DNA from: a virus
Lineage: Duplodnaviria; Caudoviricetes
Reading direction: 5' to 3' (one strand)
IMG/VR virus record: IMGVR_UViG_3300021295_000003
Coordinates: 32,001 to 96,000 of that record
DNA length: 64,000 bases
Positions 54,482 through 64,000 of this stretch are shown in pieces. The position numbers were made by a program, and so were the translations under genes. Below the pieces are notes generated by a model that worked only from the letters and a program-made list of their open reading frames with translations, had not been told where the DNA came from and did not search any database. Positions within the stretch are counted from its first letter, which is position 1. The number at the start of each line of letters is the position of its first letter.

Positions 54482-56425
54482 TGAGTGAAAAACAATGGCT
54501 AAATTTAGATAAAGTATTAGATTGGATATTCCCTTTGTTCTTGATTGAGGTTTTTGTATTTGGGAATATTTGTTTAATTATATTCGTATTACAAGAGTTG
54601 GGAGTGATTTAATGACAGAGAATAATTTTGAATGTGGTAAATGTGGTTATTTTGATGGAATGTGTTGTCGGAAAACTGGTGAAGATAGATATGAAGATGA
54701 AATCGTAAATGATTGCACATATTTTGATTTAAGTATTTACTATGGTGGTTAAATGACTGAAAAACGAGAGTATAGTTTATGTATTGACTGTAAGCATCAA
54801 GATGGCACTTGGGTATCTGATAGAGAAGTAGATACTTGGTGTAATATAAAAAAAGGAATTGATTGTGATGAAGTATTTGAATGTGATATGTTTGAGGGGG
54901 TTTGAATGACTGAAAAACGATTTGTTGATGATGGATTTGAAGCGATTGATGAACAGAGTTTTACAGATACTGAAACCGATAAAACTTATTATGTTGATTA
55001 CTTTGATGAAATTATTGATTTATGTAATGAGTTAAACGATGAAAATCAAAGACTCAAAAAGGAACTGGAAGAATGCAAGAATAATAAATTATTCAGTCGC
55101 AGAGAACTTGAAAGAGAAAACAAGGAACTCAAATATCATTTAAACAGAACAGAAAAAGAATTAAAAGAATATAAAGAATTTATGAGTTTAGGGTGATTTT
55201 GAATGACTGAATTTACTATTGGTAATATTTGTAAAGAAGTGCAAAGAATAAGGTTTGATTTGGAAAATGAAGATGTTGCAAGTGCAATTAAAAGATGTGA
55301 TAATCTTGATGAGTTATTATGTGAAATTGAAGATGGAAAACATACATTAGTTATAGGAGATACTGTAATTACAATAAATTAAAATGGTGATGTGGAATGA
55401 CTGAAAATCAATTAACTTACTATAAAGGTCGGCATAAAAATCCACGATGGATACATTACAATAAAAAATCTAAAAAATATACTATTAATCGTGTTGTTCA
55501 TAATTTCAGAACTTATTTCGGAAGTTATGATACATTAGAAGAAGCCGAACGAGTTGTTGAATTTTTGAACAAAAATAATTGGGATAAAAATAAATTAAAG
55601 GAGATTGAGAATTGACTGAAAAACGATTTATACTTGATGATGATGGAATAGTTACTGATATGCTTGATTTATCTATGTATATAGATAATGAAGATTGTTG
55701 TGAGAAGTTGAATGAGTTACACGAAGATGTGGAAAGACAAAGAGAATTTAAATTTAGTGCTATTAGACAAGCAAATCGTATAGATAAAGAAAATGAGCAG
55801 TTAAAAGAACGGAACAATCGACAAGCCAAACAATTAGATAATATCTACCAGTTAATCGAACAGAGAGATTGGAGAGCATTATCTGACATATTAAATGACT
55901 TCAAAAAAGCAGAAGAACAATTACAAAAAGAATGGAAGTGTTACGAATGACTGAACGATTCATAATCGATGATGCTGGGACACTAATAGATATGCAGACA
56001 AGAGATACCTATGATTATGTATCCGATGTATGTGGACTCTTGAATGTGTTACATTCACGAAATAAAAGACTTGAAGAGAAAATACAAAGAGAACGAACCT
56101 CATTTACAAAAACACACGAAAGATGGAGTAAAGAAGCCGAAACGAAAATCAAAGAATTATCAGAAGAGAATGAGCATATCAAACAAACAATCAAAAACAT
56201 GATGGAAACTGAAAGAACAGAACTCGGACAATCAGTCCTCCGACAATTAGGGGAAGCGATACAATGACTCAACTACAATTTGGACAACAATATTGCAATA
56301 CTTGTAAACAATACAATCCTCAAAGTATGAGAAACAACTGGGACGGTTGCAAATTACACGGTACCATTGTCTTACCATATAGTCACGCTTGCAGATATTA
56401 TGAAAAAAAGGAGAAAGAACAATGA
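54481..56425 (+). other. Tandem array of 9 small genes with shared 5' ends (MSEKQW, MTENNF, MTEKRE, MTEKRF, MTEF, MTENQ, MTEKRF, MTERF, MTQL)
   Basis: Starts at 54481, 54612, 54753, 54906, 55203, 55397, 55612, 55947, 56264; consensus ATGACTGAA(AAACGA). Confidence 0.8.
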
Positions 56426-56685
56426 ACGAACCATACAGTATAAAAGGAACACTAGTAAAAGACCACATACACCACAAAAGCTACAACATGACCAGCAAAA
56501 TCGACGCAGAAAACCTCTACAATACACTAACCACCTACCACAAAATACACATCCTAAACAAAAACATAGAAACACAATACGACAACATAACCAAACAAAT
56601 AATCCAACTACAACTATCAGTTAAGATATTGGAACATGAAATCAACACACTCCAGGAAGTGGTCACAAAATGCAAGTCACAATAG
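56422..56685 (+). CDS. Hypothetical protein; first gene with the virus-B k-mer signature
   Basis: AGGAG RBS, ATGA overlap; contains the first CTAG (56452) and CATG (56487) seen. Confidence 0.6.
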   Translation: MNEPYSIKGTLVKDHIHHKSYNMTSKIDAENLYNTLTTYHKIHILNKNIETQYDNITKQIIQLQLSVKILEHEINTLQEVVTKCKSQ

Positions 56686-57347
56686 ATTCAAGAGAACAAA
56701 CCAGAATAGACTCCGCCAAGAAATGCTTCAAAGAACAAGGATTAGAAGTAACTGTTGAAGAACTGGAAATAGGAGACTACATCTTCACTGATGGCAAAAA
56801 CGAAGTATGCTTTGAATTCAAACTAACAAGCGACTTCATAGCATCAATACAAGACGGAAGAGTCTTCAACCAAAGCATCGAAATGGCTGAAAACTATGAT
56901 TACGCATTCGTAATAATCCATGGAGACCTACCAACAAGAAGCAAATGCATAGCAATGAGCAGAAACTATCATGAAGTGAATGTCTTCCAATACATCGGAG
57001 CAATAAGCAGCTTAAACCGTTACGTCACAGTACTACAATGTTACAGTCCATTCATAAATGAAAGTTACTACACCATGATGACACAAGCCAAGAAGTGTTT
57101 ATCCAATAAACCAATAGTAAAGAAATTCCCCAGGAAACACCGAAACCCAGCAATGAATTACTTATGCTACTGTGTATACGGTTTGAATTATAAAAGAGCT
57201 GCTGAGATAGTGGAAAACCTAGACTTACATACCCTGGAAGACCTACTACTATTAGACTGTGAACAATTAACACGAGTTCCTGGCATCGGACTGAAACTAG
57301 CAGCTAAAATAATCAAGACAATTGAAGATGACAGTTATGAGGATTAA
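56670..57347 (+). CDS. ERCC4/XPF-family nuclease with HhH motif (possible resolvase)
   Basis: IDSREQ, LEIGDY, EFKLTSDFIASIQDGR, VPGIGLKLA. Confidence 0.9.
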   Translation: MQVTIDSREQTRIDSAKKCFKEQGLEVTVEELEIGDYIFTDGKNEVCFEFKLTSDFIASIQDGRVFNQSIEMAENYDYAFVIIHGDLPTRSKCIAMSRNYHEVNVFQYIGAISSLNRYVTVLQCYSPFINESYYTMMTQAKKCLSNKPIVKKFPRKHRNPAMNYLCYCVYGLNYKRAAEIVENLDLHTLEDLLLLDCEQLTRVPGIGLKLAAKIIKTIEDDSYED

Positions 57348-57672
57348 ATCTATTCAAACCAAATATGGAACAATAACTGAAAAACATGGATGGTACTATG
57401 TCAGCAGTAACGAACATGGACACAGAGTAATATTCGAAGATTACCATAAATGCACCTTACTTCCATGGGCAAACATCCATCACAGGAACTTCAACAAACA
57501 TGACAACCGAATAGAAAACCTCCAACTACTCAGTGCATCTGAGCATCAGAAAATCCACAAAGCAATCTACCGACCATCAGAACAACACAAACAAGCCATA
57601 AGCAACGGTTTAAAAGGCAGAAAACTGGATATAATCCATCGAATAAACTTAAGAAGGAGTAAAAAACGATGA
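57322..57672 (+). CDS. HNH endonuclease with NUMOD3-like tail
   Basis: HRVIF...IHHRNFNKHDNRIENLQLL...H; SEQHKQAISNGLKG. Confidence 0.85.
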   Translation: MKMTVMRIKSIQTKYGTITEKHGWYYVSSNEHGHRVIFEDYHKCTLLPWANIHHRNFNKHDNRIENLQLLSASEHQKIHKAIYRPSEQHKQAISNGLKGRKLDIIHRINLRRSKKR

Positions 57673-58160
57673 GTATTAACCAACTAATAAACAAATACTA
57701 TAAACCTGATGGGAAAAACAAAACAGGAACAATACGAGTAAACAAAGCAGAAAAACACACACCTGAATACAATAAAAAACTAAAAAGAGAACAATACCGT
57801 AGAAACAGACACTTAATACTGGACCAACTACTACTTGAAATTCCTTTTACATTAGAACCAAACCAGGTTACTCAAATAAGATACTGGATAGACAAATTCA
57901 ATGATAATTTCAAAGAATTTCACTACAACAGCAGCAACGAAACAATCATATTAGCATTTATCATGATACAGTGGAAACAGAAATACCCAAAATTATATGT
58001 AGCTAATATGCCAATCTGCAAAGAATACGAACTCACAACACCGAAATTCGAACTAATACAAAACAGATTAATATTCCAATTAATGAAAACTACTGAATTA
58101 ACATATAACCAAAGCAAATACGTTAATCATAACCTATTGGAGAAAAGCCACTATGACTAA
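57669..58160 (+). CDS. Hypothetical helical protein
   Basis: AGGAGT RBS, ATGA overlap. Confidence 0.6.
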   Translation: MSINQLINKYYKPDGKNKTGTIRVNKAEKHTPEYNKKLKREQYRRNRHLILDQLLLEIPFTLEPNQVTQIRYWIDKFNDNFKEFHYNSSNETIILAFIMIQWKQKYPKLYVANMPICKEYELTTPKFELIQNRLIFQLMKTTELTYNQSKYVNHNLLEKSHYD

Positions 58161-58386
58161 TAATATAATGAGGAAGAGTGAAATGGAGAAATGGAATAAC
58201 CCACGTTTATTCTACTTAAACTCCATCACAAAACCCTTACCTACTACATGCCCTGAATGTCATGGAGACTTAACCACCAATGATGATCAGGATGAAACAC
58301 TATGCAGTAGTTGTGGTTTAATAGTTTCAGCAAGTATTGAATATGTTGCTGGAATTCGTATAGATCTTCCTTACGGTAGACATTAA
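58153..58386 (+). CDS. TFIIB-type zinc-ribbon protein
   Basis: CPECHG...DETLCSSCGLIV. Confidence 0.75.
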   Translation: MTNNIMRKSEMEKWNNPRLFYLNSITKPLPTTCPECHGDLTTNDDQDETLCSSCGLIVSASIEYVAGIRIDLPYGRH

Positions 58387-58824
58387 ATTGGAATGTTGTA
58401 GTATAGGCTGGTGCGTACAAATATTTTTATATCATAATCAATCATAGGCAATCTTGTATTTCGGTTTTCTTCTGTGTTACGTATATTTTATCGTTTTTTC
58501 GTATCTCTTGGATTTAATTTCGATTTAACCTTCCAAATAATATCGTATTTGAAACACTCTATTTCGTTTTTTATAAAACTACCATAAATAAAAGAGCATT
58601 TTAGCTAATTTCATTAAAAAATAATACTGGTAAACCTACAACTATTAATGTCTACTATTTTTCATTTATCATTTATATATGCAGGTTAAAAGATTCATAA
58701 ACTGGAACTATGGACCACTGTTCATGGTTTTTAAATATAACTAACTATCCTTCTACAAATGGTGTGAAAACAAAAAAAGAATGTGCAACTCATTCTACCT
58801 GCCATGACTCACACCACAAAATAT

Positions 58825-58958
58825 GCCTTGTACAAGAGAATTGTACCAGGAAATAAAGTATTTGTAAATCTCTAATTTCAAGTAAAGATAATCATTTTAT
58901 TATCTCTACAATTGTGACTAATGGTGCAATAACTGGGGTGCAACTCCCCAGCAAGGCA
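58825..58958 (+). ncRNA. Putative structured RNA with tRNA-like acceptor stem and T-arm
   Basis: GCCTTGT/GCAAGGC+A, TGGGG-TGCAACT-CCCCA, inner TTGTACCA/TGGTGCAA stem. Confidence 0.45.
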
Positions 58959-58995
58959 ATTCTTTTATAAAACTAATTTTACGAGTTGATCAACA

Positions 58996-59250
58996 ATGAA
59001 CCCTGACATAATAGGAAACCTAACAACAATAATAAAAATAATAATCATGACTATTGCTCCAGCAATAGCAGTATACATTGGAACTGATGAACAAACCGTA
59101 GCAGCATTCTTAACTGCAATACTCACATTCGCATTGGCAATAATAGATGCACGTTACCCAAACAATTTCGGTGATAACAAACCAGTTGCAGCAGAATCAG
59201 AAATACTCAACGATGAGTACGTAACTGGTGATGAGGATGACAGCCAATGA
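58996..59250 (+). CDS. Holin-like membrane protein (virus B)
   Basis: Two TM segments, LNDEYVTGDED tail shared with 32960-33235. Confidence 0.55.
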   Translation: MNPDIIGNLTTIIKIIIMTIAPAIAVYIGTDEQTVAAFLTAILTFALAIIDARYPNNFGDNKPVAAESEILNDEYVTGDEDDSQ

Positions 59251-59596
59251 ATGCTACCGAGAAGACCAACTACAAGGTCAATCTAGGAAAATCACAGAAC
59301 TAGAAGCACGTGCAGATTTCAAAGACAAACGGATAGATGAACTATATCTTAAAATGGAAAAAATAGAGTTAAAGATGGATAAATTGAATGAAAACGTTAA
59401 CGCATTACTATTACAATCACAACAAGGTGACACTGACTTAGAACTACGATTAAAAGCAATAGAAACAGAACTAGCCTTGCAAAAACAAACCAACATAGAC
59501 AATCACAACCGTGTAAGCAGCCTATTAGCAGTAGTAGGAGTTGGTTTAACACTAATTACAATACTAATAAATGTTTACTTCAATATGATACATTAA
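59228..59596 (+). CDS. Coiled-coil protein with C-terminal TM helix (virus B)
   Basis: QSRKITELEARADFKDKRIDEL versus QSRKIERLEAHSDFKERRIDEL at 32581-32979. Confidence 0.7.
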   Translation: MMRMTANECYREDQLQGQSRKITELEARADFKDKRIDELYLKMEKIELKMDKLNENVNALLLQSQQGDTDLELRLKAIETELALQKQTNIDNHNRVSSLLAVVGVGLTLITILINVYFNMIH

Positions 59597-59622
59597 AAAC
59601 AAAAAAACTAGAACTGGGAAGG

Positions 59623-60207
59623 ATGGTTTATATTATGCAAATAGAAACAGTTAAAATCACGGAGTTAATAAGCCCTGACTACAACCCAAGGCACATAACA
59701 CCTGAAGCAATGGAAGGGTTAAAACAATCTCTAAAAGAATTCGGATATATAACTCCAATCATAGTAAACCGACATAATAACCACATCATAGGTGGAAATC
59801 AAAGATACGAAGCATTAAAACAACTAGGATACGAAACCGTTGATGTAATCTACACTACTATTACAGATATTAACCGTGAAAAAGCATTAAACATCCGACT
59901 AAATAACAACAGGGGAGACTGGGATATAGGAAAACTAGACACTATATTCGAAGACCTGGAACTAACAGGATTCGACTTAACACTAACAGGATTTCAAACA
60001 GAAAACCTACAACCAATCAAAACAGATAATGAAATTCCAAGTAATGAAACAATCACTGCTGACATAAATACTGGATTAAAAATTGAAAATAAAAAACCTG
60101 AAGTAGCAGCTGAAAAACCTAAAACTACTCCAGGACCTACTGAAAATAATGCTGAAAACATAATGATCTGTCCACATTGTGGACATGAAATAAAATTAAA
60201 AAAATGA
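59623..60207 (+). CDS. ParB/Srx-like N-terminal domain protein
   Basis: YNPR...LKQSLKEFGYITPIIVN...IIGGNQRYEAL...EKALNIRLN, C-terminal CPHCG. Confidence 0.85.
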   Translation: MVYIMQIETVKITELISPDYNPRHITPEAMEGLKQSLKEFGYITPIIVNRHNNHIIGGNQRYEALKQLGYETVDVIYTTITDINREKALNIRLNNNRGDWDIGKLDTIFEDLELTGFDLTLTGFQTENLQPIKTDNEIPSNETITADINTGLKIENKKPEVAAEKPKTTPGPTENNAENIMICPHCGHEIKLKK

Positions 60208-60223
60208 AATTTAATGAAAAAAT

Positions 60224-60862
60224 GTGAAAAAAAGACTGATTGATATGGAAGAATGCTACTGGGAGCAACCATTACTCGGTAAAAATGGAAGTACTGAAAA
60301 TGGAACTCGAAAATATAGAGATGTGTATTTTAACCATAATGGACACATCACTTGTGAACAGATAGCTAAAATGTTTGATACAGATAAAAGAAACATTGAG
60401 AACCATAAATCAAATTATAACTGGGATGGCGTATTAGCTGATAAAAAAGCATATCTTCAAAGGAAACGTGATGAGAAACGTGAAGAGAATTATCAGAAAC
60501 ATATTGATAAAGATTTCAAAAATGCTGATACAGTATTAACCATTAAATATGCTCAAATTCAAATGGCAGCTATCAAAGTTGGTCTTATGAAACCAAATGG
60601 TATGATTATACCTGAAGAGTTAACTTTCAAAGAAGCATGGAAAACCATAGACAATACTGATGTTAAAACATTACAAACTGTTATTATGCGTGACCTGGAA
60701 AAAGCTGGAAACATCAATGATAAACAAGTACATAATGTACATGGTGAAATGGATTTAACTCAAACAATCAAAGATGCAGATAATACTGCAAGCATCGATG
60801 ATTTATTTGAATTATACAAAGAGGATGAGGAGGAATCCATGAATGGAAATGACACCAAATGA
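60224..60862 (+). CDS. Terminase small subunit-like (virus B)
   Basis: HTH-like CEQIAKMF...YNW, directly upstream of TerL. Confidence 0.55.
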   Translation: MKKRLIDMEECYWEQPLLGKNGSTENGTRKYRDVYFNHNGHITCEQIAKMFDTDKRNIENHKSNYNWDGVLADKKAYLQRKRDEKREENYQKHIDKDFKNADTVLTIKYAQIQMAAIKVGLMKPNGMIIPEELTFKEAWKTIDNTDVKTLQTVIMRDLEKAGNINDKQVHNVHGEMDLTQTIKDADNTASIDDLFELYKEDEEESMNGNDTK

Positions 60863-62210
60863 TTATAAAAAAGAACTCAACCTCAACTACCAATTCTATA
60901 AAACACTATTAGATAAAACAATCTACCATAACCCTTACATTGAATTAGATCCATACCCATTACAAACATTTCCAATCATTGAAGCTAACAAACCAACAAC
61001 AACCTATAATGATGAATTAATAGGTGCTGGAGGATTCGGTGGAAAAACAATACTAGGTGCAATGTTAGCAGCACAATACCTAGAACATAGTAAATACCAA
61101 TGCCTGGTAACAAGATTACACTACCAGGAACTAACTGGACCAAATAGCATATGGAGTATACTAACTGAATGGTGCAATACTACATGTGAAATAAACAGTA
61201 CGAAATTATACATCAAATCTCCAGCAGGAGCATTAATTCAATTCAAAGCATTTGACCATGAAAAAAGAAAAGAAAAAGTCAAAAGTGAATCATACACCAG
61301 GATAGTAAATGATGAGGCTTCCGAATTAAAAGAATCAATACTAAGATTCCTATTCCGAAGTTTACGTAAAGAAAAAAACAATCCACTCCCATTAAGTTTC
61401 ATAAACTTATCAAACCCTGGTGGAGACAGTACTGAATACTTAGCAGACACTTATGTTAATGGAGATAAACCATACTTCGCATTAGATTGGAGACACAACC
61501 CATACATAGACAAAGAACAATATAAAGCAAGTCTTGAAAACCTGGATTATATCGACCAACAATACCAACTACACGGTAACTGGAATTACAAACCAAAAGT
61601 TGGTGACTTACTATCACGTGCTGAAGGAGAGGCACAGCTAATAACTAACTTAACTACACCATTATACTATGAAATCATAGGCATTGACTTAGCTGGAAAA
61701 GGAAAAGACATGTTTGCTGTAGTTTGCTATGATTACTTAGCTAATGGATTGGAGTATATTAAAGATTTCAATCAAACTCAATCACATAACCCTGAATCAT
61801 TACTATTAGATTTCATTGTTAAACATAATCCCAATCCCAACCTTCCAATGACTAGTGTAATAGTTATAGAACAAGAAGGTGGTGGAAGTCCTGAATATGC
61901 TAAAAAATACTTTAAGGACATGATTAACGATTATGGTTACAACATACCTGTAATACTGAAAAAACCATCAGGAAGCAAATACCAAAGAGCAAGACCATTA
62001 ATGCACAGCATAAAATATGGGAATACTAAACTAAACCAGGAATCAGAATACATGGATGATTTCATAGATGAGGGCATACAATTATCACCTGATGGAAAAG
62101 GTAGAAGTCCAAACCTGGTAGATAGTGCAAGTTTAGCAAGGAATTATTTACATACTGATATTTTAGGAAATACTACAACAGTTACTGTTGGAGCAAGAAT
62201 CGGAGGATAA
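60843..62210 (+). CDS. terL: Terminase large subunit (virus B)
   Basis: GAGGFGGKT, IVNDEASEL, SNPGG, NPYID, GIDLA, EQEGGGS, KYQRA. Confidence 0.92.
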   Translation: MEMTPNDYKKELNLNYQFYKTLLDKTIYHNPYIELDPYPLQTFPIIEANKPTTTYNDELIGAGGFGGKTILGAMLAAQYLEHSKYQCLVTRLHYQELTGPNSIWSILTEWCNTTCEINSTKLYIKSPAGALIQFKAFDHEKRKEKVKSESYTRIVNDEASELKESILRFLFRSLRKEKNNPLPLSFINLSNPGGDSTEYLADTYVNGDKPYFALDWRHNPYIDKEQYKASLENLDYIDQQYQLHGNWNYKPKVGDLLSRAEGEAQLITNLTTPLYYEIIGIDLAGKGKDMFAVVCYDYLANGLEYIKDFNQTQSHNPESLLLDFIVKHNPNPNLPMTSVIVIEQEGGGSPEYAKKYFKDMINDYGYNIPVILKKPSGSKYQRARPLMHSIKYGNTKLNQESEYMDDFIDEGIQLSPDGKGRSPNLVDSASLARNYLHTDILGNTTTVTVGARIGG

Positions 62211-63633
62211 AAAGATATTTATGATTATAACAGGAACACCAGTAGATAATCGTATTGCACGTGTAGAAAAAAGCATAGCAAACAATCTACAAAACAAAAA
62301 CTTATTTCAAAGTGAAAATAAGGACACTGCAAGTAATGTAATAGAATTAAAACCACCAATACCAATGAGTGATTGTTTATTCGTATTTGAAAACTCATCA
62401 CATGTAGCAAAAAGTTGCAGGATATTAGCTGCAGACATCATTTATAATGAAATCACATTAACCTATGATACAATAGAGGAACCAACAGAGCATGAAATCA
62501 ACAAGTTAAACAAAATCAATAATTACATCCATGACAATATAGATGAGTTCTATAACATGGCAGTAGATTGGTATTATGCAGGATGGTGTGCAATGGAATA
62601 CACCTGGAATAATGTCAGTTTCAAACTAAAACAAATTCCAATCCATTCATGTAAAATCATCAAAGTTCCACTTCAAGGTTTCACAGTATACCTATTGAAA
62701 CAACAAATCAATAGTACCACTAAATACTTTAAAATCATGGGTGAAACTTATCCTGATGATCTACTTTATTATGGTGGTGAAAAATTAGGTTATGCCTCCT
62801 TGATGGGTGGTGACAATATCTACCAATTTTTCAGCTTACCAAAATGGATACAAGATTATAAGAAAATACTCACTGAAATTGCAATCAGTGCAAGTGATTA
62901 TAAAACCGTATCCAATGGTAACATTAGTAGTGGTGTATTGAATATTAACCTGGAGCCTCAATTGAAACCACCATTACAATATGACCCTAATAATGGTGAA
63001 GTGATACCACAGGATAACATCAAATCAAGAGAAGAAGTGATTAGTGAGGAATTACAATCTGCAAACGGTGGAACTGCAGTAATATTCACTGAATCCAACA
63101 GACCATTAAACATGGATTACGTAAGCTTAGCAAATAACAATCACAGTTACTTATCTGACTTAAGCTACAAATGCCAACAAGCAGTATTAAACGATTACAA
63201 CATACCATTAGTACGTTTAATGATTAACAGTGAAAAAGAATCCATGAATAGTAATAAAACACAGTCAATATGGGAAATATACACATTAAACTTACAAAAC
63301 GAACAAAAACCATTCAAACTATTCATAAGAGAATTAATCCAGGACCTATATGATATTGATGTTACTGTTGAAATCAGTACTCCAATATTCAGTGACAGGC
63401 GTGAAATTGAAGTAGGTTTAATCAGCCAAGCTTGGAATGATGGAGCATTAACCTTGAAACAGTTTGTCACAGGTTTAAGTGAATACTTAAAAGTGATTGA
63501 CTTGAATGAATATGATTTCACAGTTAACCCTGAAATATGGGATTACAGGAAAATAGACAATCCTCAAAACATTAGTCCTGATGACCTCGCACTGATAGAT
63601 GAAGTGGAGGCACAGTTAAATGAGATTAACTAA
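62188..63633 (+). CDS. Portal protein (virus B)
   Basis: Follows TerL; NGNISSGVL, QAVLNDYNIP, WNDGALTL portal-like segments. Confidence 0.75.
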   Translation: MEQESEDKKIFMIITGTPVDNRIARVEKSIANNLQNKNLFQSENKDTASNVIELKPPIPMSDCLFVFENSSHVAKSCRILAADIIYNEITLTYDTIEEPTEHEINKLNKINNYIHDNIDEFYNMAVDWYYAGWCAMEYTWNNVSFKLKQIPIHSCKIIKVPLQGFTVYLLKQQINSTTKYFKIMGETYPDDLLYYGGEKLGYASLMGGDNIYQFFSLPKWIQDYKKILTEIAISASDYKTVSNGNISSGVLNINLEPQLKPPLQYDPNNGEVIPQDNIKSREEVISEELQSANGGTAVIFTESNRPLNMDYVSLANNNHSYLSDLSYKCQQAVLNDYNIPLVRLMINSEKESMNSNKTQSIWEIYTLNLQNEQKPFKLFIRELIQDLYDIDVTVEISTPIFSDRREIEVGLISQAWNDGALTLKQFVTGLSEYLKVIDLNEYDFTVNPEIWDYRKIDNPQNISPDDLALIDEVEAQLNEIN

Positions 63634-64000
63634 CAAGCATGACATTAAAAACTATCTCGGTAACCGTAGAATAGCTGTAATTCAAAAAGCACACTACACT
63701 ACACATACATTAATCCAATTCGTAAACAACCGTTTAATAGATAAAAAGATAATGGAATGGAATAATGAATACACTACTGACATAAGAGACCCTTTTAAAC
63801 AAGAGAATATTGAATCACAACTCTCAGGTTACAATGTCATGGCAACCAGCAAAGACTTACAAAGAATACTAAAACACAGTGCAATTCAACGTAATAGTTT
63901 CACTGAAAACGAAGCCAGGAAAGTAATACAATCAACTGCTGGAGACCTAACCCAAATAGAAGCCCAAAGAATAGTGAAAAACTTAGACTATGTTGGAAAT
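63620..64000 (+). CDS. Partial gene after portal, probably head morphogenesis protein
   Basis: GGAGG RBS, ATG 63620, frame open to the window end. Confidence 0.5.
   Translation, partial: MRLTNKHDIKNYLGNRRIAVIQKAHYTTHTLIQFVNNRLIDKKIMEWNNEYTTDIRDPFKQENIESQLSGYNVMATSKDLQRILKHSAIQRNSFTENEARKVIQSTAGDLTQIEAQRIVKNLDYVGN

Overview
AT-rich tailed-virus (siphovirus-like) DNA, most likely infecting a pseudomurein-walled methanogen (Methanobacteriales, Methanobrevibacter-like). The host call rests on archaeal TTTATATA promoters, a TFIIB-type Zn ribbon, an ERCC4 nuclease, transglutaminase-like Cys/His domains in tail proteins and methanogen-type adhesin Ig domains. Layout: 1-33.4 kb is a minus-strand morphogenesis operon (holin-like, TerS, TerL, portal, head, tail, tRNA-Trp, 2911-aa tape measure, adhesin-like tail proteins). 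33.7-38.1 kb is a repeat- and hairpin-rich control region. 34.6-40.7 kb holds small early genes including an ArdC-like protein. 41-56.4 kb is a plus-strand arm with a thioester-domain surface protein, a fragmented C5 methyltransferase locus, a tyrosine integrase, Bet, a P-loop helicase, HNH and AP2-like genes and an array of small genes starting 'MTE'. From about 56.4 kb the k-mer signature changes and a second, different packaging module begins (second holin-like pair, ParB-like, TerS-like, TerL, portal), so the window is either a chimera or a recombinant of two related viruses. Best candidates for new biology: (1) a cytosine methyltransferase split over several polypeptides, with a nested alternative-frame ORF, a string of target-recognition modules, an out-of-frame G10 tract and a free-standing TRD-like gene; (2) near-complete purging of GATC over 56 kb except in a spaced 7-mer CTGATCC (18 copies found). 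All motif counts are by eye and all protein assignments come from recognised motifs, not database searches.
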